Source: Christensenellaceae bacterium
GTDB taxonomy: Bacteria; Bacillota; Clostridia; Christensenellales; SZUA-584
Direction of reading: 5' to 3'
Assembly: GCA_963666505.2 (NCBI GenBank)
Contig: CAXXXL010000005.1
Coordinates: 15,566-79,565 of the forward strand
Length of the DNA: 64,000 nucleotides
Under the pieces are notes generated by a model. It ran no database searches and was not told the origin of the DNA. It worked only from the letters and a program-made list of their open reading frames with translations. Positions 39,977 to 49,524 of the stretch are shown here, piece by piece. The stretch's first letter is position 1. Each line of letters begins with the position of its first letter. Both the position numbers and the translations under genes were made by a program.

Positions 39977-40134
39977 AAATACTAACTTGAAAACTGGATA
40001 CAAGACTGTGGTGAGGCCATTATAGTTTCCCAGGTAAAAAGAATGTGGATAATAATAAGGGTTTACGGAGGTCAATAATATAGCCTCCGAATGACATACT
40101 GAATGGTTGACAAATTTTTTAGGAGGGCAATACA

Positions 40135-41139
40135 ATGGATTTAAGAGTTGGAGTTGTGGGTACAGGATCGATGGGCTCCGAACATATTTGGAGAATTAAC
40201 GAGGTTCTTTCTGGAGCGAAAGTTGTAGCGGTAACGGATATCATCCTGGATTCAACGAAAAAGGTTTCAGAAAAGTATGGGGTCCGTGTTGAAAATTCAG
40301 ACGATGATTTAGTCAAAGCGGATGATGTAGATGCGATCGTGGTTGCATCGATTGGTTCAGCGCATGAACAAACCGTACTAAAAGCAATTACGGCAGGTAA
40401 GTTTGTTTTCTGTGAAAAACCGTTAGCGGATACTGCAAATGCAAGTAGACGTATTATAGATGCAGAAATAAAGAATGGAAAACGGCTGATACAAGTGGGT
40501 TATATGCGCCGTTTCGATAAAGCATATAATCAGTTAAGGGATAAGTTGAATACAGGAGAAGTCGGGCAGCCGTTGACAGTACACTGTAAGCATCGGAATC
40601 CTTATGTACCAGAATATATGGATACATCTTCTGCGATTTATGAAGCGTTGAGCCATGAAATAGATATTTTACATTGGCTAGTCAATGATAATTACGTATC
40701 GGCACAAATTGTTGTTCCAAAAACATCGAAACATGCACCTTCTAACTTGAGAGATCCGATCGTTATGATACTGAGAACTGAAAAAGGGCTCTATCTAGAA
40801 GTTGAGCTTTTTGTTCATTCACAGTTTGGATATCAGATTAAAACAGAAGTGCTGTGTGAAGAAGGCGTTTTGTCGATGGCGCAGCCACCGGCGGTTGAGA
40901 TGATCAAACAAGGTATTCAATCTAGGGATGTTGATATGACATGGTCTTCACGTTTCGTTGAGGCGTATAATATTGAATTTCAGGCATGGATTAATTCGGT
41001 CAAAGCGGGTGTTGCAACGGGTCCCTCTGCATGGGATGGCTATGTGGTTTCTGTTACATCCGACGCTTGCTTAAAATCGCTTAAAACAGGAGCCATTGAG
41101 CCAATTATTTATGATGAGTATCCTAGCTTTTATAAATGA
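40135..41139 (+). CDS. iolG: Gfo/Idh/MocA-family oxidoreductase, inositol 2-dehydrogenase-like
   Basis: It aligns from memory along its length with Bacillus subtilis IolG: RVGVVGTGSMGSEHIWRIN, FCEKPLA, VGYMRRFD, HEIDILHWLVND, GPSAWDGYV. Substrate not proven. Confidence 0.8.
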   Translation: MDLRVGVVGTGSMGSEHIWRINEVLSGAKVVAVTDIILDSTKKVSEKYGVRVENSDDDLVKADDVDAIVVASIGSAHEQTVLKAITAGKFVFCEKPLADTANASRRIIDAEIKNGKRLIQVGYMRRFDKAYNQLRDKLNTGEVGQPLTVHCKHRNPYVPEYMDTSSAIYEALSHEIDILHWLVNDNYVSAQIVVPKTSKHAPSNLRDPIVMILRTEKGLYLEVELFVHSQFGYQIKTEVLCEEGVLSMAQPPAVEMIKQGIQSRDVDMTWSSRFVEAYNIEFQAWINSVKAGVATGPSAWDGYVVSVTSDACLKSLKTGAIEPIIYDEYPSFYK

Positions 41140-41344
41140 TAATTGGGATAATGTAAGAATAAAAAATGGAGAAGAAGCATATAATGCAATACAAAAATAA
41201 AGCCTAAATGTACATAATTTATTTACTATATTTTTTATAAGGCTGTTAGTTTAAAGCAAAAACTAGAAATCAATAAAACATACAATACAGAGTATAGAAT
41301 GAAGCCATAGGAACGGCAAGGTTGAGAAAAAGCAGATCATGGTA

Positions 41345-41556
41345 TGAAATGATATATTGACAACAGTTGTGCTTGGAGGAACCAGCATCTATTGGGGAAA
41401 GATAAGATTTTTTGGACACTACTTGGAGTGTTAATGATCGGCATGATTTATAACGCCATGACTTTGCTTAAGGTATCGACATTTTACCAGATGGTTGCAA
41501 GTGGTTTAATATTACTATATGCTCTTGCACTAGGCAGAATTAATTCAAACTTATAA
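41345..41556 (+). pseudogene. 3' remnant of an RbsC-family ABC permease gene (frameshifted)
   Basis: ...ILTTVVLGGTSIYWG (one frame) then KDKIFWTLLGVLMIGMIYNAMTLLKVSTFYQMVASGLILLYALALG (next frame). Only the last ~70 codons of a permease are present. Confidence 0.6.
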
Positions 41557-41615
41557 AGAAAGTAAATAAACTATTTTTAAAGATGAACCAAATAATTAGA
41601 AAGGGATATTTAATC

Positions 41616-42284
41616 ATGAAGCGCTCACAAATTAATCAAATCATTAGGGAGGCTATTAGTTTTATAGATATGCATGGATTTAAGCTACCTCCTTTTGCAT
41701 ATTGGAGTCCAGAAGAATGGGCTAAAAAAGGAGACGAGTATAGAGAGATTAAAGATAATATGCTAGGATGGGATATTACGGATTTTGGAAGTGGAGACTA
41801 TCTAAAGGTCGGACTGCTAATGTTTACAATTCGAAATGGCAACTTGAAAAATAGCAAGTATATTAAAACTTATGCGGAAAAACTACTTATTACTGAAGAA
41901 GAACAAGTAACCCCATACCATTTTCATTGGCATAAAATGGAAGATATCATTAACAGGGGAGGAGGCAACTTGCTAGTAAAGTTGTATAATTCTACTCAAG
42001 ATGGAGCATTTGCTGATACAGACATAACCATATCCATGGACGGACGCAACTATACAGCTTCTGCGGGCACTATAGTAAAACTTACACCTGGAGAGAGCAT
42101 AACTCTTTCAGCAAAACAATATCACAAGTTTTGGGGCGAAAAAGGCACAGGCAAAATACTTCTAGGAGAAGTATCTAAAATAAACGATGATAATGTTGAT
42201 AATCGTTTTTATGAAGTAGTAGGACGCTTTCCAAAGATTGATGAAGATGAGCCACCAGCATTTTTATTATGTACCGAATACTAA
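41616..42284 (+). CDS. D-lyxose/D-mannose isomerase family (cupin) protein
   Basis: Lyx_isomer-type sequence with metal ligands in TPYHFHWHKMEDIINRGGG and ...QYHKFWGE.... Start at ATG 41616 (MKRSQINQ). Confidence 0.8.
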   Translation: MKRSQINQIIREAISFIDMHGFKLPPFAYWSPEEWAKKGDEYREIKDNMLGWDITDFGSGDYLKVGLLMFTIRNGNLKNSKYIKTYAEKLLITEEEQVTPYHFHWHKMEDIINRGGGNLLVKLYNSTQDGAFADTDITISMDGRNYTASAGTIVKLTPGESITLSAKQYHKFWGEKGTGKILLGEVSKINDDNVDNRFYEVVGRFPKIDEDEPPAFLLCTEY

Positions 42285-42824
42285 GGAAATTATAGCAACT
42301 AAGTGTATTTTGTAAAGAAAAAGTGTAGCATTTCAATCAACCAATGGATTATTAGTAGTAGTGCAAAGATTCTAAACTAGATATTGATATAATTTCTGTA
42401 TGGTATAATTAACAAAATAGTTATTCTGTATTACACCGAAAATGTCTTCACCGAAAATGTAGAAAACTTGAAAGTTCAAAGGTGTTAAGGCTATTGGGTC
42501 AGCTAAAGATATCTGTATTTGGCGTGCCCCCCAAGAATTGTACTAACTCCAAAGTTAGTATAGAATAAAAAAATACTAATATACAAGCCCGTTACCCTAG
42601 ACAGTTGTTTCTTTGGAAGGTTTGCATTGAAATACTCGGTTCCTTTAGGAGCACGCTTTTTCGCATTAAATGTTTAAAGCAAAACATAAATATCGATTTA
42701 TAACAGGTAATTCTTGACTTATTGAAAGTCGGCTGGGGTACTTGTTCTCAGAGTTGTTTCATTAATTGAATCAAAGAATCTTATAAATGTTATAACAAGT
42801 AAACTAAGATATAGAGGTGTTATT

Positions 42825-44090
42825 ATGAGAAAAAAGTATGAGCCGTATAAAGAGGTCATCAAGTTGATAGATGACACTGCAAGGGTTATGGGGCTAGATG
42901 AGAGCGAGTATATCACACTAAAACATCCGGAAAGAGAACTGACCGTCTCGCTTCCCGTAAAGATGGATGACGGAACTGTAAAGGTGTTTAAGGGTTTCAG
43001 GGTACAGCACTCCAGCATCAAGGGACCGTGTAAAGGTGGTATAAGATATCACGAGAGCGTAGAGATCGAAGAAGTTAAAGCGCTTGCAGCATGGATGACC
43101 TTTAAGTGCGCCGTAGTCAACATACCGTACGGCGGAGCAAAGGGAGGCATCACCGTGGACCCCGCAACGCTTTCAAGGGACGAGCTTGAAAGGCTGACGA
43201 GAAGATATACGGCTTCGATACTTCCGCTTATAGGGCCGGAAAAAGACATACCGGCACCTGACGTTAACACAAATGCTACTGTCATGGGATGGATAATGGA
43301 CACATACAGCATGTTTGCGGGCTATGCCGTTCCGGGAGTTGTTACCGGCAAGCCGATAGATATCGGCGGTTCCTTAGGCAGAAGCGGTGCAACAGGCCGA
43401 GGCGTTATGTTTATGACAAGAGAGATAATGCACAGGCTGGGCAAACCGCTCATGGGAGCAAAAGTTGCTATACAGGGCTTTGGTAAGGTGGGTGCAACTG
43501 CGGCTCAGGCGCTGGCAGACGAAGGCGCAAAGATTATTGCGATAAGCGACGTTTCAGATGGCCTTTTCTGCGAGACGGGGATTGATGTCGGCAAGCTGGC
43601 GGAGTATGCTGCGAACGGCGGCAAGGCAAGGCTGTTCAAAGATTACGAGGAAAACGGCGTAAAGCACATTTCCAACAAAGAGCTGCTTACGGCGGATGTT
43701 GATATACTGATACCGGCGGCGACAGAAAACCAGATCACCGAAGAGATTGCCAAAGATGTTAAAGCTTCTGTAGTAGTCGAAGGCGCAAACGGCCCGACGA
43801 CGATGGAAGCGGACAAGATACTCTATAAAAAAGGCGTGACGCTGGTGCCGGATATTCTGGCCAACGCAGGCGGCGTCGTTGTTTCCTACTTCGAGTGGGT
43901 GCAGAACATACAGTCACTCATGTGGGACATAGAGGAGATAAACAGGGCTCAGGAAAAGATAATGATACGTGCGTTCAACTCGGTCTGGGATCGTGCTCAG
44001 GAGTTAAAGGTCTCGATAAGGACGGGCGCATATGTCGTGGCTATAGACAGGCTGGTAAGAGCAAGAGATATACGTGGTCAGCTGATGTAA
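42825..44090 (+). CDS. glutamate dehydrogenase (Glu/Leu/Phe/Val dehydrogenase family, GluD/RocG/GdhA type)
   Basis: Active-site KGGIRYH, GGAKGG, and the GFGKVG dinucleotide fold. 421 aa. Confidence 0.95.
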   Translation: MRKKYEPYKEVIKLIDDTARVMGLDESEYITLKHPERELTVSLPVKMDDGTVKVFKGFRVQHSSIKGPCKGGIRYHESVEIEEVKALAAWMTFKCAVVNIPYGGAKGGITVDPATLSRDELERLTRRYTASILPLIGPEKDIPAPDVNTNATVMGWIMDTYSMFAGYAVPGVVTGKPIDIGGSLGRSGATGRGVMFMTREIMHRLGKPLMGAKVAIQGFGKVGATAAQALADEGAKIIAISDVSDGLFCETGIDVGKLAEYAANGGKARLFKDYEENGVKHISNKELLTADVDILIPAATENQITEEIAKDVKASVVVEGANGPTTMEADKILYKKGVTLVPDILANAGGVVVSYFEWVQNIQSLMWDIEEINRAQEKIMIRAFNSVWDRAQELKVSIRTGAYVVAIDRLVRARDIRGQLM

Positions 44091-44432
44091 TAACTACGGA
44101 TTAACTGATGTTTTTTGCGAAACCTATTTGACACTATCTATATGCTAAGCGAAAATATAATCAGAAAATGAAAGCGACTGATATTTATTAGTTAACTTAT
44201 CGATTAAGATAGAATCACTAAAATATCGGCCCATCCGCTATGCTCTTTTTTCTGTAATAAAAGATTTATTCTACTTTCGGGCAGCCGTTTCAATTTACAT
44301 TTATAAAAAAGAATTTATAATATTGGAATAATTGACAATTAGTGAAATATAAATGAAAGCGGGTGTGATGTTAGATTAAAAGATAATGTGGCTATTAAGA
44401 TGAATCATCAGAGATAAATACAATAGTTATCC

Positions 44433-44777
44433 TTGACCGCTTTGCCAACTCAGAGGGATACAAGCTCTTACTGGGTTAAGGATATGCGGGAGAGACGGTA
44501 TCTGACTTTTGATATGGAGAACCCTCGTCATCAGAAAGCATTTGAGCTTTACACTGCGCAGTCGGGGAAACTGCGCAGCGAATATGTTGTTGATTGTATT
44601 CTTAAGGTACAGCATGATAACAGGTTAGAGGAGATAATAAGGCAGATCATCAAGGAAGAGCTGAAAAATGTTTCATTTTCTGTTACTGCTTATAAAAGTA
44701 AATCCGAAGATTTACATACAACAGATAAAATATCCGAGCTGCCGGAAGCGCTTATATCGTCTTTAGACGATATATGA
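44433..44777 (+). CDS. small hypothetical protein upstream of the relaxase remnant (possible mobilisation accessory protein)
   Basis: ORF with TTG start. An alternative ATG at 44484 gives MRERRYLTFDMENPRHQKAFELY.... Function is inferred only from its position before a MobV gene. Confidence 0.45.
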   Translation: MTALPTQRDTSSYWVKDMRERRYLTFDMENPRHQKAFELYTAQSGKLRSEYVVDCILKVQHDNRLEEIIRQIIKEELKNVSFSVTAYKSKSEDLHTTDKISELPEALISSLDDI

Positions 44778-44991
44778 ACCATGATGGTTCACATCTTGAT
44801 AGCAGCCGGTGAAAATATGCGCCATGACGGTGCATTTTTTATTCTCAGCGGGTACAATGCGCATATCAAAACGCCGCTGGAAATTGGATTTGCGAAGCAA
44901 ATCATCCGAAGTATTAAGCCTCGCAGAGCCCCGCGGGAAGCGCCCACTTGGCATCTTTGCAGCTTCGCTGAAAGTGTCATAGTGGGTAAAA

Positions 44992-45008
44992 CACTTCCTT
45001 CGGAAGTG
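44992..45008. promoter_or_regulatory. hairpin, candidate oriT inverted repeat
   Basis: CACTTCC-TTC-GGAAGTG lies about 40 nt upstream of the relaxase RBS. Further inverted repeats are CCCACT (44943-44948) / AGTGGG (44981-44986). Confidence 0.3.
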
Positions 45009-45049
45009 CCCGTATTTAAAGCACCGATAAGGAAAGGAGGTGAGGTGAT

Positions 45050-45745
45050 ATATCCAAGGTTGACCGTACAGTTGTAAGAAATAAAGCGTATCCACGCAGT
45101 AACTTTTCTATAAGGGAACGTCATAACGAGCGCAAGAACGAAGTTTATTCCAATCCGGATATCGTACTTGAAAGAAGCAGCCTCAATATCAGTTTTAAAA
45201 GCTGTGAAGGCACATATACGCAGGAATTTGACAAATTACTTGAAGAAGGAATTATCAGTACACGTGGATTAAAACAGGATGCTGATGTATTTGCTGAGAT
45301 GGTGTTCGATGTTAACACTTTGTATTTTGATAAGCACGGAGGATATGAATATGCAAAAGACTTTTTTGCTGAAGCATACCGGATGGTTGTTAAAGAAGCC
45401 GGAGGCGAGCATTATATCCTATCTGCAGTTATGCACGCCGACGAGCGCAACAGGAGCCTCTCGGAGGAGCTTAAACGGGATGTCTATCATTATCATCTGC
45501 ATGTAGTATATATACCCGTTGTGGAGAAAGAAATCAAATGGACTAAGCGTTGTAAGGACAAAGAGCTTGTCGGAACAGTTAAAGAAGTTATTCACCAGGT
45601 AAGCCATTCAAAAAAATGGGCTTCTGTCAAAGCGGTAGATGAGAAAGGAGAGCCAATAATTGCAGAGAACGGTAAAGCAGTGTTAATACCATCGTATTCA
45701 CTGCTGCAGGACAGGTTCTTTGAGCATATGAAGAATTGCGTGTAA
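45050..45745 (+). pseudogene. MobV (Mob_Pre) family relaxase, N-terminal domain only, no canonical start codon
   Basis: Motif I ...IRERHNERKN... and motif III AVMHADERN...YHYHLHVVYIPVV. The frame is open from 45044 but the first ATG/GTG/TTG in frame is at 45299. ATA at 45050 sits 9 nt after GGAGG. About 231 codons, shorter than typical MobV proteins. Confidence 0.7.
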
Positions 45746-46401
45746 AGCCTTAGAAGCTCGCTCAGCGGCTCAAAGTATTTTTCGCATTATTCAGGATATT
45801 TTGGGTATATATGGCCAGTGTGTCTTGATTTATATTTACCGAGAGCAGCGGAATTGCAGGGCTGTGATGAGCTCGGCTATTAGGTTGAAATGATATAAAA
45901 AGATATCTAGCGGATGTTCATTTCATTTAAAAATAATAGATGGTTAAAAACAATAGACGAAAAGTACGATTGGAAGCTAATTTTTATTATTAGTTTGCGT
46001 GCAAGGTAAATGCCTTAGAAGCATGATAAAGTAGCTTAGACGAGTGCATAACCGGTCTTAGAGGATGTTAGACTTAGATAGCGTTTATATTAAAATTATG
46101 CAATTGCTATCAATGAATTAATAGAAAATTTGTTGTTTACGGCTATAAAGACTTGGTTTTATTAACATATGAACATATAATTAAATTATGGTAATAGAAA
46201 CAACTTTTCCTAGTTTAGACTCCGTAAAAAGAATATCGGTACAAATATACAAAAACGAGTTCCATAATAATAAATTATAAAATAATAATTGCATATTTGG
46301 TGAGGAACAGAAAAAATAAGAATATTTATTTTTAATAATTATCTGAAGGCGACTAGCCAAAACGGAGCACAAAAAGATTAAACAGAAAGGAGTGAGAAAC
46401 A

Positions 46402-46560
46402 TTGTTAAAGCTTAAAGAAAAAGCAATACCTACGAAGATTACAAGAGAAAATGTAGAGATATTAATAACCGGGGATTCTGCCGATGAGTTGATAAAGGAT
46501 ATAGACTTTGCTATAGATAGGTTAGTGATGATAAGAGACTTCCTGCTTACAGAGAAGTAA
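46402..46560 (+). CDS. possible 52-aa protein (below ORF-track cutoff)
   Basis: AAAGGAG lies 8 nt before the TTG. Sequence MLKLKEKAIPTKITRENVEILITGDSADELIKDIDFAIDRLVMIRDFLLTEK. No homology support. Confidence 0.25.
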   Translation: MLKLKEKAIPTKITRENVEILITGDSADELIKDIDFAIDRLVMIRDFLLTEK

Positions 46561-47199
46561 GGCACAGAAAAATATAGAATATATAAACATTAAAATACTC
46601 AGGCTATGGGTATATTTTTTTCCTTTGCATTGAGAATATTATTCCTTGCTTTCGATCTCGTCAAAATATTTAAGTAAAATAAATTCAATAAGATTAGTCA
46701 TAGAGCGATGCTCTTCTTTGGCTAAACTTTCATCTTTGCATGTAAGAAGTAAAAAAATTGGAAGAGCAACTACTTTTTCTTGTACGAAAAGTTATTTTGT
46801 GGTATTATTATATGAGATTATGTTTATAAATAGCTATACGAAAAATATCGTCTCTTTTGTTTTTAAAGCTATTCTTTTTTATAAGAACCAACTATAATTT
46901 GCATTAAAGAATATTTTGGGAAGTACAATATAAACTTAAAACCATTTACTAAATCATATGGTAAATAACCTTGTATTAGATACTCTAACATACTGACAAA
47001 ATAATGGTAAATATATATTTTGTAACAACATGTTACTGTTCAAATGATTGTTTCCGCGAAGATACTCACTTGTTATTTCGAAAGCTCGATTAATATTTCA
47101 AAGCTGCCAGTTATTACGCATGAGTATAAAAAATGCCCCAAATTGTTTATTCCAAAAAACTATATTGTACTAATAGATAAATGGTTGAGGAGGTAAGCG

Positions 47200-49524
47200 A
47201 TGCCTAATTTTGATAAAACTACAAAATTTATCAAGCCAGAGATATTTTCCGGTTCTGATATTCTGTTGAGCATTTTCATTGGGGATAAGCCTCCGACTAT
47301 TGTTGATCTTCGGGGATATAAGTCAAATACCGTTCGATTTGGCCGAACAGAAAATAACAATGACTTTGTGATTGAGTCAAGTTTTGTATCACGAAATCAT
47401 GGATATTTTAGAATTAAAAACAACGAGCTGTATGTGCAGGATTTGGACAGTACTAACGGCATCTTTATTAACGGCTCATTGATTACGGAAGAGAGGCTGC
47501 TGTCAGATGGAGATGTTCTAAGAATTGATGATCCTGTTAATCCCAACAAAAAGGGTGTACTGATTATTTATTCAAAATCTTTTGCTAAGACTCAGTGGGA
47601 AACATACAAGATTACGGATGAAGAAACAATCAGAATAGGCAGGGATCCATGCTGTGAAATCCGCCTTAACCATATAAGTGTTTCAAAAATTCACGCAATT
47701 ATAAAAAGAGAGGGCGATTCCTTCTATATAGAAGATAATAACAGCACAAATGGATTAAGCGTTAACGGAGAAACAATCACTAAAAAAACAAGGCTAAATG
47801 AAAAAGACCTGATACTTATAACCAATTCAAAAATCACCTTTACTTCAGTCGGCATAAGTTATTTTTGTTATCGCTATGGTATAAGTCTTGCTGCATCCAG
47901 GCTGAACAAATTTGTCGGGCGAAAGAAGAGCAAAAGGAAAATATTAAACGACGTATCGGTTTGCATAAAGCCCAATGAGCTGGTTGCAATAATTGGCGGT
48001 TCGGGAACTGGTAAAACAACTTTTATGAACTGTGTATCAGGATACAACAAAGCAACTTCGGGAGATGTTTTTGTAAATGGCGAGGAGCTTTATGCTAATT
48101 ATGGTATCATAAAAAGCATAATTGGTTTTGTACCTCAAAAGGATATTGTATATGACAATCTTACCCTGAATGATATGCTGAAATATAGTGCTTTGCTAAG
48201 AATGCCAAAGGACACCACAGAGGCTGACAGGGATGAGAGGATAAAAGAAGTAATAAGTCTTGTACAGCTTGAGGGCAGAGAAAACACATATATCAATAAG
48301 CTGAGCGGAGGTCAAAAGAAGCGTGCGAGTATTGCCGTTGAAATGCTGTCGGATCCTAATTTGTTCTTCCTTGATGAGCCAACTTCAGGGCTTGACGCTG
48401 GCACAGAATATAATCTCATGAATACACTTCGGAAGATGACTGACATGGGGAAAACCATAATTTTAGTAACTCATAGCACCTTGTATCTAAATATGTGTGA
48501 CAAGATTGTACTACTAGGGCGTGGGGGAAATCTGTGTTTTTACGGTTCACCACAGGAATTGTTTGACTTTTTCGGCACAAAAGATTTTGCACAGGTCTAT
48601 CTTGAAACTGATTCAAAGCCCGATCTCTGGAAAAAGAATTTCAAAAAAATGGCCAGAGCAGAATATGAGGCCCCCGATATTTCAGTAAATAAAGTGAAAA
48701 GAAAGAAGGCTAACAAAAAAGCATCCGGTTTAAGGCAGCTTCTAATTCTTTGCAGAAGGTATCTTAAGCTTATGGTAAACGACAGGCTGCGTATGCTTTT
48801 GCTTATCTTCCAGGCTCCTTTATTAGCTTTATTGCTGTTCCTGGTAGTGCTGGGTAATGATGAGGTTTATGTGGAGTTCCCCTTTACAAAATCAATTTTA
48901 TTTGCTCTTTCATGTTCTGCTTTTTGGCTTGGGACATTGAATGCTATCCAAGAAGTGTGCAAGGAAAAGGTTATATTAAGGCGGGAGTACATGAACGGGC
49001 TTAGGCTTACTTCATATATTTCTTCGAAATTTATAAACCTGGGTCTTCTTTGTTTATTGCAATCGGTATTGATGGTGACTTTGTTTTCAGTTTTGGTCGG
49101 AGCTCCTAGGGAAGGGCTGCTCTTCGGCTCATCAGCCTATATAGAAAATCTTATCACAACTTTCCTTACAACCTTATCAGCCGTCGGCCTTGGGATAATG
49201 GTATCTTCAATATTTACAAACGCAGACCGGGTAATGGCACTTGCACCTCTTTTACTGATTCCTCAGATACTTTTTTCCGGAGCCTTATTTGATGCTGAAG
49301 GCGCAAGAGAGTATGTTTCCTATTTCATTACCTGCAGATGGGCAACCGATGCATACGGAACCACAACCAATTTAAATAATATGGAAGGCGTATATGGCTC
49401 TTCGGGATTTTTCACACAGACTTCAGAGCATCTTTTAACAGCATGGGGAGTTTTGCTGGGTTCTGCTGTTATATTCGTAATTCTGTCGATATTCTTCTTA
49501 AGAAAAGAGCTGAGAGTTAGATAA
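47200..49524 (+). CDS. ABC exporter with two N-terminal FHA domains (FHA-FHA-NBD-ABC2 membrane domain)
   Basis: FHA1 about aa 44-112 (VRFGRTENNNDFVI...SRNHGYF...STNGIFINGSLI). FHA2 about aa 143-213 (IRIGRDPCCEIRL...SKIHAII...STNGLSVNGETI). Walker A GGSGTGKTT, signature LSGGQKKR, Walker B LFFLDEPTSGLD, and six C-terminal TM segments. RBS GAGGAGG. Confidence 0.9.
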   Translation: MPNFDKTTKFIKPEIFSGSDILLSIFIGDKPPTIVDLRGYKSNTVRFGRTENNNDFVIESSFVSRNHGYFRIKNNELYVQDLDSTNGIFINGSLITEERLLSDGDVLRIDDPVNPNKKGVLIIYSKSFAKTQWETYKITDEETIRIGRDPCCEIRLNHISVSKIHAIIKREGDSFYIEDNNSTNGLSVNGETITKKTRLNEKDLILITNSKITFTSVGISYFCYRYGISLAASRLNKFVGRKKSKRKILNDVSVCIKPNELVAIIGGSGTGKTTFMNCVSGYNKATSGDVFVNGEELYANYGIIKSIIGFVPQKDIVYDNLTLNDMLKYSALLRMPKDTTEADRDERIKEVISLVQLEGRENTYINKLSGGQKKRASIAVEMLSDPNLFFLDEPTSGLDAGTEYNLMNTLRKMTDMGKTIILVTHSTLYLNMCDKIVLLGRGGNLCFYGSPQELFDFFGTKDFAQVYLETDSKPDLWKKNFKKMARAEYEAPDISVNKVKRKKANKKASGLRQLLILCRRYLKLMVNDRLRMLLLIFQAPLLALLLFLVVLGNDEVYVEFPFTKSILFALSCSAFWLGTLNAIQEVCKEKVILRREYMNGLRLTSYISSKFINLGLLCLLQSVLMVTLFSVLVGAPREGLLFGSSAYIENLITTFLTTLSAVGLGIMVSSIFTNADRVMALAPLLLIPQILFSGALFDAEGAREYVSYFITCRWATDAYGTTTNLNNMEGVYGSSGFFTQTSEHLLTAWGVLLGSAVIFVILSIFFLRKELRVR

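Noticed and set aside
42520-42565. GCGTGCCCCCCAAGAATTGTAC considered as the reverse complement of the ...HSSLGG.TP transposase tail seen at 39.9 kb, which would make it a possible second IS remnant.
   Set aside because: The match is only ~13 nt and needs a frameshift to read as protein. It cannot be distinguished from chance by eye.
44763-45124. Three overlapping 98-111-aa ORFs on both strands between the small ORF and the relaxase.
   Set aside because: None has an RBS or a protein-like composition, and they are mutually exclusive. The region is dense in inverted repeats and is better explained as an oriT/regulatory region.
46640-46900. 83-aa plus-strand ORF. Also a minus-strand tail reading ...SLAKEEHRSMTNLIEFILLKYFDEIESKE*, which resembles the C-terminus of a ribbon-helix-helix/CopG-type antitoxin.
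   Set aside because: The plus-strand ORF lacks an RBS and is low-complexity. The minus-strand similarity covers only ~28 residues with no usable start codon. That is too short to call without a database search.
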